In this document: positions 46,775-58,047 of the stretch, in pieces
Numbering within the stretch: the first letter of the stretch is position 1
Layout: each line of letters opens with the position of its first letter
NCBI GenBank assembly: GCA_964019425.1
Contig: OZ025802.1
Location: forward strand, 620,001 to 684,000
Direction: 5' to 3'
Source: Flectonema sp. DT1601
Taxonomy: Eukaryota
Length of the DNA stretch: 64,000 nucleotides
Program-made: the position numbers and the translations under genes
Notes under the pieces: model-generated
Databases searched by the model: none
What the model was told of the DNA's origin: nothing
The model's input: only the letters and a program-made list of their open reading frames with translations

Positions 46775-47713
46775 CTATCTCATTGAGAATAATTGTGACT
46801 GAGGCGTTAGTGTCGATGAACTGACTGCTGCTGCAACTGCAACAGCTCGATCTCGAGTCTGCTGCCTGCAGAGAGCAGCAAGACCATCTTCAAGAGACAT
46901 TACACGTTTTGATAACTCCATTGAGAATTCTTTAAAATTAATAGCAAGCGAAGAGTGTAAAGTCCTATTCTCAATAATATCTGTTTTAGCGATGACAACC
47001 TGTTCTATCTCTTCAACACGTGTCTTACTTAGAGAATCAGTTTTTCTGGTCTCATCGGATAAGGCAGAAGAGAATGATTCTAACTTTACTTTTAAAGCAT
47101 CGATCTCACTCCGTAAAACAGTGTTTGAGTTCATGTCAGTTGATTTCACTTCTGATATGTCTTTGTGAGCTTTGTCAACAGAACTTGTTATCGTTGGAAT
47201 AGTTGTTTCTATGTCACTAATTCGGTCATTTACTTTTTCTTCGAATGAGTTATGAACTAATTGCATATTACTAACCTTTTCACGTAATTCTTTATTTTCA
47301 TTTTCTAAACAATCAATTCTCGCTGTCAAAATTATCAATTTCTGTGACGTTGTATCCGTCAATTCATCAATCCTGTTAGAGGCTGTCGCAACCCTGGATC
47401 TCAATCCGGTGATATTTTGATCAACTGCGTTATGAACTTCATCAACACGTCCTTGCATCTTGCTCATTACTGAGTACAGAGCTTCATTGTGATTTTGACC
47501 TATGTTTATACTATGTATTTCTGCTTGTGGAGGAATAATAGGAGAACTCGCAATGTAATTATCTACCGCTACAGGTGCAACAGGTGATGCTGGAATATAT
47601 CCACTCATGTTATGAGGATTTCTTCTTAAAGGTGATGACTGACGAGATTCTAAAGCCCCCAACCTCTCCGACAATAATCTAAGTTTCGCATCAGCACTAA
47701 CGACAGTGTTCAT
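46775..47713 (-). CDS. Hypothetical coiled-coil protein
   Basis: Heptad-rich ORF; start MNTVVSAD after a pyrimidine tract. Confidence 0.7.
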   Translation of the reverse strand: MNTVVSADAKLRLLSERLGALESRQSSPLRRNPHNMSGYIPASPVAPVAVDNYIASSPIIPPQAEIHSINIGQNHNEALYSVMSKMQGRVDEVHNAVDQNITGLRSRVATASNRIDELTDTTSQKLIILTARIDCLENENKELREKVSNMQLVHNSFEEKVNDRISDIETTIPTITSSVDKAHKDISEVKSTDMNSNTVLRSEIDALKVKLESFSSALSDETRKTDSLSKTRVEEIEQVVIAKTDIIENRTLHSSLAINFKEFSMELSKRVMSLEDGLAALCRQQTRDRAVAVAAAVSSSTLTPQSQLFSMR

Positions 47714-47929
47714 ATCAATGACCTTGAATGGGAGGGGAAACATGAGATTTTGACAGCGTAGAAACAATAATAAATAACTTTAAAGTATTAAGGTCAACAG
47801 TATGGTAGCAAATTAAGCTTTATGTTATCATAATAGGAAACATATTAGTGAAACAGCTAGATTGGTCGAATATATGAAGAAATAAGTATCTGTATGGTGC
47901 CCTCCCCTCACTTAATTTTATTGTTTTTT

Positions 47930-48296
47930 TCTTTTGTTCTCTTCTCTTGGCCTACCAGACCACCCAAAAGCAGTCAGCCAGAGAGGGAAATCGACGAGGA
48001 ACTAGGAAAGTCCGACGGATGAAAAAAAAAGAAAAAAATACCCATGTGAAGGAGCAGGAGGAGGAAAGGAGGATAACCTTCCTCTGTCTCCCAATACTCT
48101 GTTCCGATGGGGATGTCACAGAAGGAAAAACGCTAAAAAAAAATATGTAGCTCAAAATTAGTTTGAAGAATCGAATTGACAACAATTCGTAAACAAAAAG
48201 AAATGGAATTACTACTCACACATTGAACCCAACATCATCATCATCATCATCATCATCACCTATCATCCGAAACACTCTGTCTTCCCAAAGAAGTGT
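47930..48296. repeat. ~370-bp duplicate of the inter-GST spacer (57500-57905)
   Basis: Near-identical CCTACCAGACCAC..GAGAGGGAAATCGACGAGG..(CAT)n..CTTCCCAAAGAAGTG. Confidence 0.9.
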
Positions 48297-48299
48297 GAT

Positions 48300-48540
48300 T
48301 CTTCTTTTTTTTTTTTTTTCCTAAGTCAGGGAAGGCATAACCTGCGGGAACCCACGAGGTACCAGCAATTCGGTACCACAACCGTGAGACTCTTGTAGGC
48401 GAGAAGAGACATAGTTTTAACCAGAAGTAATTGACTACCCAGACCCATTGCATGTACGAGGGAGGCAGTGTAAGAGACGGCTGATAACGCCAATTTTTCG
48501 CCAAAGGAGGGAGAACACGTCACTACTAAATAATAAAAGT
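48300..48540 (-). mobile_element. SINE-like family A, diverged copy
   Basis: Shares AACCGTGAGACTCT, TGACTACC, AGAGACGGCTGATAACGCC and GGGAGAACACG with copies at 51354 and 55443; poly-T (minus-strand poly-A) at left end. Confidence 0.6.
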
Positions 48541-49587
48541 ACGAGGGGATGATAGTTTGACAATGTAGAAAGGCTAAATTAAAAAGAAATGACAGAAGAT
48601 TAAGCAACATTTTAGAATAGTACTTTTAAAAAGTTAGTTAATATTAATAATTTTCAGTCAATCAAAAAAAAACTCAAATGCAAAAAAATCCATAACAAAT
48701 AACGGTTGCGTTTCGAGCTAAAATTAAAAAAATTATCTTCGGACCATTCCCCTTACCCAGCCCAGCCCTCTTCAGCGAAGAAAGTAAAGGGACACGCGGT
48801 GTCAGGCCTGTTACTCATCGCTAAGAAGTTTGTATATGACATTATTAAAAAAATACATTTGAGAACATAGGATAGTAAAAACATTAAATAAGTTGTTCTT
48901 GCTCCGTATAACGATATAAAGAATTGTCAATTGGCGCATATCCCTGTTGAGCTTTTAAACCAGCTGTCTGGGGAGGGTTTATGTCCATTGTTGTCGGGCT
49001 ATAGCTTTGATGCTCTTCGGAGAAAGAATATTTGTTGTATATTCTCGCAGAAAGTTGAATTCCATTCGCTTCACATGAAGATGGTCTGCGATGAAATTGA
49101 GTGAAACCCATCCACATTCTCCTCCGGATGATTGATGTGAGAATATGTGGAATCGTTTGTCCAATCGAATGCAATTCGAGCTTTTGTTGTTAATAGTTTC
49201 TTTCTCAGGGCTTTCGAGTAGACTGTAAGAAAATATATCAATAGCAAAAGACAACTTACCACCGTATGATATTATGAGGTTTATAGCATTGATTGAGTAG
49301 CAAGTAAGTAATGAATTCGAGTTCTTGTTGTAGGTCCGCCTGATGATTACAAATCCAGAATAGTCGAAGGATCATGGTAGTGAAAATGTTTATACTCATC
49401 GACTCTTGTGCATCAGAGTGTCGAATGTGTAAAACTTAAATTAACTAGTCATCGGAACGCAAGTATTTGTAAGACAACAAACAAATAATGGTTGCTATTT
49501 GGCCCACAATCGCAAGTCTGTCTTCGGGTTCCCCCCCCTCCCTGCTAACTAAGTTAGTAAGTTAGTATAGATAATTATCAGTAAATG

Positions 49588-50070
49588 ATTTTATTTATTT
49601 ACGAAGCCTGGGAGCCAAAAAAAAGCCAGGAAAAGCTCAACAGGTTAACATACTAACATATCGGGAAAAAAAAAAAAAAAAAATTTAGTTATCATTAAAT
49701 TTTTAGTTTAAAAAGAAATTGAGAATAAAAAATAGAGAAAGTAAACTAAAAATTTGTCACTTTCTGCAGTTTCCTAACATCTAGGATTACAGAATATGTA
49801 GTTTCAGGAGCCTTAATCTTATACTACTTGTCCCTTTTTAGGCCCTGGTCAGTAAGTTCTGAGGGACTTCATTCTATGTTGGAGATAGTAATGATAATTA
49901 TCTTAGAGTTAGTATTAATAATTATCAGTCAATCAAAAAAAAAAAAAAGGCAAAATTTCGTAGGACAACTGTAAGCGATCGACTCAGAATAAATATCTAC
50001 CAGTGAAAGGTTATTCGTAATTGGATTTATTTATTTACGAAGCCTAGGAAGCCAAAAGCCATTAGAAAAG
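49588..50070 (-). mobile_element. Two short 3'-end copies of SINE-like family A (49588-49655 and 50026-50070)
   Basis: (TTTA)n-TTTACGAAGCCT(A/G)GGA(A)GCCAAAA occurs twice. Confidence 0.6.
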
Positions 50071-51353
50071 AGAGAGAAAAAAAATTCTGTTCAAGTTGAG
50101 CTTTCTTCTTTACAATACGACCATATGCCACAGCCCACAGACCACGAAAGAAAATATAAACCCCTGGAAACAGAAGCGAGGATCGTTTATCTCCTCGCCT
50201 ATAATAATACAAGGCTTTATAAAGTACAAAAAAAATAAATTGGGCAGCACAGAGCCATATCACTCAAGAAATGAAAAAACGAATCAGGTAAGATAAGTTG
50301 GAAAATAGATAACACTCGTACATCACTAAAATAATGTTTTTGTATAAGTATTGTCAAATCTGATGATTTGCGGGATCAAGTTGTACAAGTTGAGCTGACT
50401 TGTAGTTCGCTACAACGGAAGTAAGTTTTTGTTGTAAAAGATTTTAGCTATTGATGGGGTCCAATAATTTTCATTATCGCTGTTCAGCAAACGAATTTTT
50501 CTTTTCGCTGTTCAGTAAATGAATTTTCTTTCTGTTTAGTGAAAGAAAATTCGACGCTATTAGCTGTTCCTTTTTTTTTTTGAGTGTTTCAGTTGTGTTT
50601 TGCCTTTTTTTTGTCACTACCATAATTGCTTAGGCGATGCCCTTACTGGGTAATCGCTTACTTTTTCGACAGCGACATCCACTGCACTATGACGCCTATA
50701 AAAAAAAAGGTTTTTTGATTACATCGTCTGTGCTACTAGACTCTTTGTTTTTGTTTGTTTAACTTTTATGTTTGTCTTTCTTTTGTGTTTGTCCTTATTT
50801 TGATTTAAGTCTGACAATTGAAAAACACGGGAAAGAAGTAATTATTCACGCATCCTCATATTGGACGCACGAAGCTCGTTCGGGAAAAAAAAGGGAAATT
50901 ATGGGATCGCCATGGTGGAGGAGATAGAAGGATGCAGCTTGATTGCATCAAACTCGATGCAGCCAGATATGAAATCCTTTGCTTTTCTCCACCGACAGGA
51001 GCGAACACATGAACTTATTCTTATCGAGGACACCTGCTCTATCTTCACCACCCTACAGTAGCTATGTTGATCCGTTAGATGAAATAAACGACTAACCTAT
51101 TAGTGTGGATGACATGTGGTCATCAATTACTAACCACACTTAGTAAAGCCTGGCGGATCTGCTACGCAGGGAAGTGACTTGAGCTCGGATTATTTCGAGT
51201 TATTTTTTTCAAGCGAGTAGCGAAAAAAAAAAAAAGGAAAGAAACGACGAAAAGAAATTATCACTTCCGGTGAACGGCGAAAATAACATTATCATGGCCT
51301 CCCCCCCACTATAGTAATATAGGTAATAAAAAATAAAAAGCCGGAACACCGCT

Positions 51354-51545
51354 TTTTATTTTTTTATTTATTTACTAAGCCTAGGAGCCAAAAGCCGGGA
51401 AAAAGCTCACAGGGGTAACAGTTATATCGCTACCAGCAACCGTGAGACTCTCACAGACGATAAAAGAGTGAAGAAGAATAACTTGGAACAAATGACTACC
51501 TAAACCCACCGCCCACGCGAGCAGACAGTGTTAGAGACGGCTTGA
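51354..51545 (-). mobile_element. SINE-like family A, long copy
   Basis: (TTTA)n tail plus AGCCTAGGAGCCAAAAGCCGGGAAAAAGCTCACAGGGGTAACAG..CGCGAGCAGAC..AGAGACGG. Confidence 0.65.
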
Positions 51546-51883
51546 CTTTGACATGTCTTCATACGATACTAATAAAACAAAATAAGACAATTACACTAGA
51601 GGAAAGAAACGTTCTTTATCTACCTAGGGGACTTCGTCGTGGGAGGCGACTTAACCCTGAAAGAAACTTAGAAAGCTTTCATTCCGACTAGTCGGGATTG
51701 ATCAGCGCATCTACTACGGAAAGCTCGTCAATAACAATATTTAAATCGGTAGCTTTACATGAATTATCAATAAGTTCCATAACGTGTTAAAACAGGATGT
51801 CGATTACAATTAGGTTGAAGGTAGTTAAGAAGGAGGGATGAAACTTTGACAATGTAAAAAACAGTTACAACTTTAGGTATTAA

Positions 51884-53620
51884 CCCATTAAGGACGGGGG
51901 GTCTACTACAGTGGTTATTTTGAAATTTTATTTTCGCTAAGGGGAAAACCCGGCTAACGCTACCCAGGGGGGGTGTAATCGAGGCCGTTTCGCGACGAAT
52001 CTTGGGTGGGATGGCGTGGTTCGCTGTGTTTTTATTCATGAAATTCAAAACTAATAATCGAAATTTTACCACCTAACAAGAAGTTTCGTGTGCCTGTTGA
52101 AATTAATACAAGTTCGGCGTCCAATGAAGGTCTGATGATGATGGATTCTGTATCGGAGTCGTCATCTGACAGCAACACAGCAAAGGTATCAAAGTGGGGG
52201 GGCAAAACCAAGAGAATCCCCAGGAAAAAACGGAAAGGACCTACCCAGAGTGTGAGCGACTTTAATGAAATGAGCGAATTGAAGGCATCCAACTCATTTT
52301 CACTGATCATGTGCTTAAAATGATATTTCGACACACTCTTACCTACCCGATTGACAAAGAGACGTCCATGAAGTCACTAGAAGTTGGTGAATTGAAATGC
52401 TTTCTCCGTAATTTCCACACTGCTAACAAACACATTCCTGCTTCTTATGTTCATAGTCTTGTTAAACCCCATAATAATAAAGGGCATTGGGTGACGTTTG
52501 ACAATTTTAATTTGTCATACGCATTTCTTGTTTTGATGTTGGCGAAAGGGTTCCACTGTGTTGGAACCCTTCAGCCTGACGGAACGGAAAGGTGTTGATG
52601 TTACAAAACCGAAGGCTACCACTGGACCGGACGACTAAGCAAATCGGAAGTGAAAGAAAGACCGAAGAATCTTACTGCTTCTTACCTTCAGTCAAGCACC
52701 TTATCCACCATATAAAGTGGAGAGACTCAAAGGATGTGCATCTTTTCAGTACTCTTCCCTTACGTGAGCACCGTGTCGATGTATATCGCTGGATTAGGAA
52801 GAGAAATAAAAAAGAAAAAGTGCCGATCAAACTACCGTGCAAGTAGACAGGTACACCAAGACGATGGGAGGTGTTAACCTGATGGATAGCGTGAAGGCAA
52901 GGGCGAACAGAAACCTTCAAACTAAACGATGGCATCTAAAGGTTTTCGACTACTTGCTGAAAGTTTCGATGTTCAACACGTTTACCCTTCAAAGGAAATG
53001 CGGTAAGGATACTGGTACCTACACACGGTATGTAGAGGAGCTCGCTATGCAACTCGTCAGTGACGGGACGTCGAGAGACAAGACAACCAATACTACATCT
53101 ACTATTGACTCCGGGTTCGCACTTTTCACATATGTTCAGCACCACTGAGCACTATCCATCAATATTTGGCACTGCTAAACAATGTAAGTATCACAATACT
53201 CGAGTGAGGACTACTTATGGATGCCAGGGGTGAAAGGTTTTTATGTGTCCTGCACCCTGTTTTGGCAAATACCACTTAAATCTTACAAAGGGGAGAACAT
53301 TTGCGTCCCATACCACTACCTCTGTGTCGGGAGGTGCTATCCGGGAAGAATGTACTAAGGGGAAGACCCCTGCACTCACAACAACATCAAAATTGAAGAG
53401 GCGCAAGGAGTCATAAGAACTGAGCTTATTTTTGTCTTTGGTGGTGTTTTCATTTGTTCTGTTCACCCTTTAGGTGGTGAATGTGTGTGTATTTTTAACG
53501 GGCAGGCAATGGCGGTTCACTTTGTCACATCACCTTTCCGAGCCCCCCTACCCCTTTTCCCCGTTAGCTCTTTTTTCAAAAAAAGTCCAAAAACCGGGTT
53601 TTACCCCCGTCCGTAATGGG
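51884..53620 (+). mobile_element. Degenerate, internally deleted piggyBac-superfamily DNA transposon
   Basis: TTAA TSD (51880-51883, 53621-53624); TIRs CCCATTAAGGACGGGGG / CCCCCGTCCGTAATGGG (16/17). Frameshifted transposase motifs GHWVTFDNF..GFHCVGTL, KWRDSKDVHLFST, YTKTMGGVNLMD..TKRWHLKVFDYLL and C-terminal TTYGCQG*KVFMCPAPCFGKYH. Confidence 0.95.
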
Positions 53621-54198
53621 TTAAAAACAAAATCGAATATCAAGTAATTTGCTTTAAAAAGATTTGTAGTTGTTAATCAAAAAGAAAGCAACGTTTATAA
53701 AAAAGAAAACATACAAATCAAAAATTATATTCCTTTTTTTGTCTTTATTATACATACACTAGTATCACGCTGGGCATCCCGTTCCCTCTGGTAACTCACA
53801 ACCTACACTCAAATAAACTTATAAAAAAAAAACAAGTTCTCACTACAACAAGTTCGTAGCACACTACTAGTGGCTCACCTTGAAAGAAGAGAACTTCCAA
53901 GAAGGGTTAATTGTTTGATTTTGTACGTAAAATACAAAGGTAATGCATCACAAACAACAAAAACGATAATTTAACATTGGTGTCAATGATACAGTGACCA
54001 CGGTAATTTTGGTGAAGGCAAACACTCTGCAATTGACATAAATACTTTACATTATAATAAATGTATTAAGAGCCCTGGGAAACCAAAACCAGGGGGTATA
54101 ATGTAACATGGCAGAGTGTAGTTTTCACCTTTAAATTACTTGGTATTATCAACAATTATTTTAAAAAAAAAAAAAAATACGTTAGCAAAAGAAATAGC

Positions 54199-54750
54199 GT
54201 TAGCAAGAAAGAAGAGAACTTCTAAGAGAGGGAAGACTGTTTGATTAGGTTCATACGTGTATGAATCTCTTGTATTGTATCAGAGCTCAATAATAAAATC
54301 AAAAAACTCATGACACAGTGACTAAAGGTAATGCTAGTGAAGGCTAACACTCTGCGAACGATGTACTTGCTATACATTATAATAAATGTTTCTAACTTAT
54401 CTGCATACGTGTCTCTTTTTCCGTGTTGTCATTCAGTGCAGTACGGAATCGAGTTAGCAAGAAAGAAGAGAACTTCTAAGAGAGGGAAGACTGTTTGATT
54501 AGATTCATACGAATATAAATCTCTGTATTGTATCAAAGCTCAATAATAAAATCAAAAAACTCATGACACAGTGACTAAAGGTAATGCTAGTGAAGGCTAA
54601 CACTCTGCGAACGATGTACTTGCTATACATTATAATAAATGTTTCTAACTTAGCTGCATATGTGTCTCTTTTTCCGTGTTGTCATTCAGTGCAGTACGGA
54701 ATCGAGTTAGCAAGAAAGAAGAAAACTTCCAAGAGGGGATAGACTGTTGA
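54199..54750. repeat. ~254-bp tandem repeat (2.2 units)
   Basis: GTTAGCAAGAAAGAAGA starts at 54199, 54453 and 54706; a related diverged unit at ~53880-54070 and a dispersed piece at ~36740-36838. Confidence 0.9.
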
Positions 54751-55442
54751 TAACGTGCTAAAACAGGATGTCGATTACAATTATGTTGAAGTTAGTTAAG
54801 AAAGAGGGATGAAACTTTGACAATGTAAAAACAGTTACAACTTTAGATATTAAAAACAAAATTAATATCAAGCACTTGACTGAAGAATATTTGTAGTTGT
54901 TAATCAATGAAATATATGTTTAGAAAAAAATAAAACATAAAAGGGAAAATTATATTTTTTGTCATATCAGAAGAGTACTTCCAAAAGGGGTTGAATGTTT
55001 GAATTTGTAAAATGCAACTGTTTTGGATCGCGTTAACATAGCGATTCAAGAGGGGGTGAAAGTTTTGACGATGCAAAAACAGCAATGAAAAAGAATATTT
55101 ATGAAAATTTATGTTTCAAAAAAAAACATAAAAAGGGGGGGAAAAAAAATTTTTTTTGGTATAATTGTCCATGAGACCAGGAGTCCCCAAATTACCAGAT
55201 TTGACGTTGTCAAATCTGGTAATTTGAGGGCTCCGAACAAATGTAGTAAAGAAGAAAAGGCAATAAACTTTATAATGCTAATATAAGTAAAAAATATCAA
55301 ACCGAAGAAACAAAAGAATAATTATTAATCTTTACTTCAGAGTACAAAAAAAAAAAACAAGTTAGAGCTAGACAAAGGTGAGAGAAACAAAAAAAAAAAA
55401 AAAAAATAATACGATAAAATAAAATAAAACAAAATAAAAAAC

Positions 55443-55660
55443 ATTTTTATTTATTTATTTTATTTTATTTTATTTGCGATTTCTCACAGGGTAACTATCG
55501 CAATCAGCAATCGTGAGACTCTCACAGGCGACAAGAGGCGTGGAAAAAAATAAAATAAAAAATGACAACCGAAACCCACCACCCGCGCGAGCAGACTAGA
55601 GACGGCTGATAACGCCGATTATCATCAAGGAGAGGGGGAGAACACGCCAACTGAAGAAAA
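55443..55660 (-). mobile_element. SINE-like family A copy
   Basis: (TTTA/TTTTA)n tail plus CTCACAGGGTAAC..CGTGAGACTCTCACAG..CGCGAGCAGAC..GAGACGGCTGATAACGCC. Confidence 0.6.
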
Positions 55661-56570
55661 AATTATAGAAAAGAATAAATAAAGAAGACTAACATTAATG
55701 TAAATAACAAACGATGTTCATAATCATAGAGTCGCAGCAGGAGTAAGCTCCACTGCTGGCGAAATTCAGACAACTATGAAGAACAATTAGGTCTACCACG
55801 GAAAGAATATCAACTATCACTCCTTAACACGTTGCACTTTAAAAACTATTTATAAGCCCTATCACGTGGTCTTCCACATCGACCATTATTGAAGAAAATA
55901 AAACACTCTTTTTCGTCCATGTGTTAGAAAAGTTTCTTCAGCACACAGACTCCCTGCAAGAACGAAGTTTAGCAGCAACGGATTTTCCTACAGCTTACTT
56001 TGATCACAGGTTTTGGGAGGTCAATAGCCCAAATGATTAATGAAAAAGTGGAATAATATACAAAAAGAAAGAAAAAAAAAACCCCCACTTACGATCGAAT
56101 ACTTCGAATATAACTTCTACTAAGCAGCTACAGAATTAATATAACTTCGGGTGAAAAGTGAGAACAAAAGTTCCTTTCAAGCGAAATTCGGGGGAAAAAA
56201 AGAGGGAAGAGTTGACTACTTCACACGACATTCACACAACACATCTTTCTTATCTTGGAAAACAAATCCTCTGGTTTAATAGGAACTAGTTTCCAGCTAT
56301 TCACATTTACAGTTGACCACAGACGAAAGTAAACCATAAGTATATATAGCGACCTAGATCCACTTCATGGTAAATGAAGCAGGAACAAACTGCTCACAAT
56401 TGTCATGAAAAAAAAAGAGACAGGGAAAAACAACTCAGGAAAGAATTGATTACTACTTCACACGTCTTTCACACAACACCTAAATACATATCTTAGGTTT
56501 TACATCTTCCTAATCTGGGAAATCAAAACCTCTGATTGAATAGATAATAGTTACCACAGCCATTGGTCAT

Positions 56571-57326
56571 TTACAGTTGACCAGAGACGAAGGTAAACCA
56601 TAAGTAAATAGCAACCCAGATCCACCACAAGGTGGATGAAGAAGGAAGAAACTTCTCATAACATTCCAACGGAGTATCCTGGAAGACCTTGTACAGTGGC
56701 ATCTCCGCTTCGTCGTAATAGTCCTTCACAACTGGAATGCTGGCAATCTTCTTCTTGTGGGCCATGATGTTCTTGAAACCGTCGAGACAGGTGGCCGGCA
56801 CTCCCTCCATGGACCTCAATTGCTGCACAAAAGCGAACGCAGCGACGTCAGCCATAGTCAGGTGGTCGCCCACTGCGTATCCGCTCTTCGATTTCCCAAA
56901 CTTTGCGTCCAACACCTTCAGCCACTTGTGTGAATCGCCTCCCTCGGACACTGCCTTCGAGCGGACAGCATCCCTCTCAGCTCCCTCCGGCATCTTGTAA
57001 GAAGCAGAGATCGGTGCGAACATGTCTCCCAGCATGTCAACGAACTCGTCGACCTCCAGAGACAGAAGAGCGTCCTCCGGGTATAACGCCCGTCCCTCGA
57101 ACTTCGAAATCTTCGACACGTACCTCAACTGTGCCAAGCTCTGTCCGAACACCTTGCCTCCGACATGCAAAAGTGGAAGCTGCTTTGGAGCCACCTCCGC
57201 CTTCATCTTTCCCCATTCCTCTCCAGCCAGTCTCTGGTCTTCAAACTTGATCCCTCCCAGGGTGAGCGCAAGTCTCATCGACTCAGCACGTCCCGGAATC
57301 GGAAAGTAGACAACCTTGATGGACAT
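56571..57326 (-). CDS. Glutathione S-transferase (sigma-like), copy A, with 35-aa C-terminal extension containing a hydrophobic helix
   Basis: VVYFPIPGRAESMRLAL, QLPLL..GQSLAQLRY, VGDHLTMADV; tail TLWWIWVAIYLWFTFVSGQL. Confidence 0.9.
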   Translation of the reverse strand: MSIKVVYFPIPGRAESMRLALTLGGIKFEDQRLAGEEWGKMKAEVAPKQLPLLHVGGKVFGQSLAQLRYVSKISKFEGRALYPEDALLSLEVDEFVDMLGDMFAPISASYKMPEGAERDAVRSKAVSEGGDSHKWLKVLDAKFGKSKSGYAVGDHLTMADVAAFAFVQQLRSMEGVPATCLDGFKNIMAHKKKIASIPVVKDYYDEAEMPLYKVFQDTPLECYEKFLPSSSTLWWIWVAIYLWFTFVSGQL

Positions 57327-58047
57327 TGTTTGGTGTGAAGGTGTGGGTTCTTAGATGAAGTCACTGAGATGAGGGGGGAAAACATGAGGAGAATAAGAAC
57401 ACCGACAAGACAAAACCAATAGAGAGCAAGCGAATTTCGCCTGAACCGCAAACCTGAGTCGGGGCAAAGTCTAATTGAGTCGTTGTCCCCTTCTCTTTGT
57501 GTTTTTGTTTTCTTTTTGCCTACCAGACCACACAAAGGCAATCTACTTGGCTATAGCTAGTAGTAAGTCAGCAAGGAAAAGAGAGGGAAATCGACGAGGG
57601 ACCAGAAAAGTCCGCCGGATGAAAAAAAGAAAAAATACCCATGTGAAGGAGCAGCAGGAGGAGGAAAGGAGGATAACCTTCCTCTGTCTCCCATTTCTCC
57701 GTTCCGATGGGGATGTCACAGAAAGAAAACGGCTAAAAAAATTATATAGCTCGAAATTAAATAATAACTAGTTTGAAGCATCGAATTGACAACAATTCGT
57801 AAACAAAAAGAAATGGAATTACTACTCACACATTGAACCCAACATCATCATCATCATCATCATCACCTATCATCCGAAACACTCTGTCTTCCCAAAGAAG
57901 TGCGTTCCTTTTGCTTGGATCACACAGGTTCGGAGAGGGCAAAAAGTGCAAAGGATGGATGAAGAAGCGGATTATTATATTAAAAGAAAGGAGGAACACG
58001 AGAAACAATCGATCCCTCCTTTACACAACAACAACTAAACGTACAAC

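Noticed and set aside
48884..49460. Coding-like stretch with a GT-AG intron-like segment (~49224-49258)
   Set aside because: No consistent frame or recognisable product
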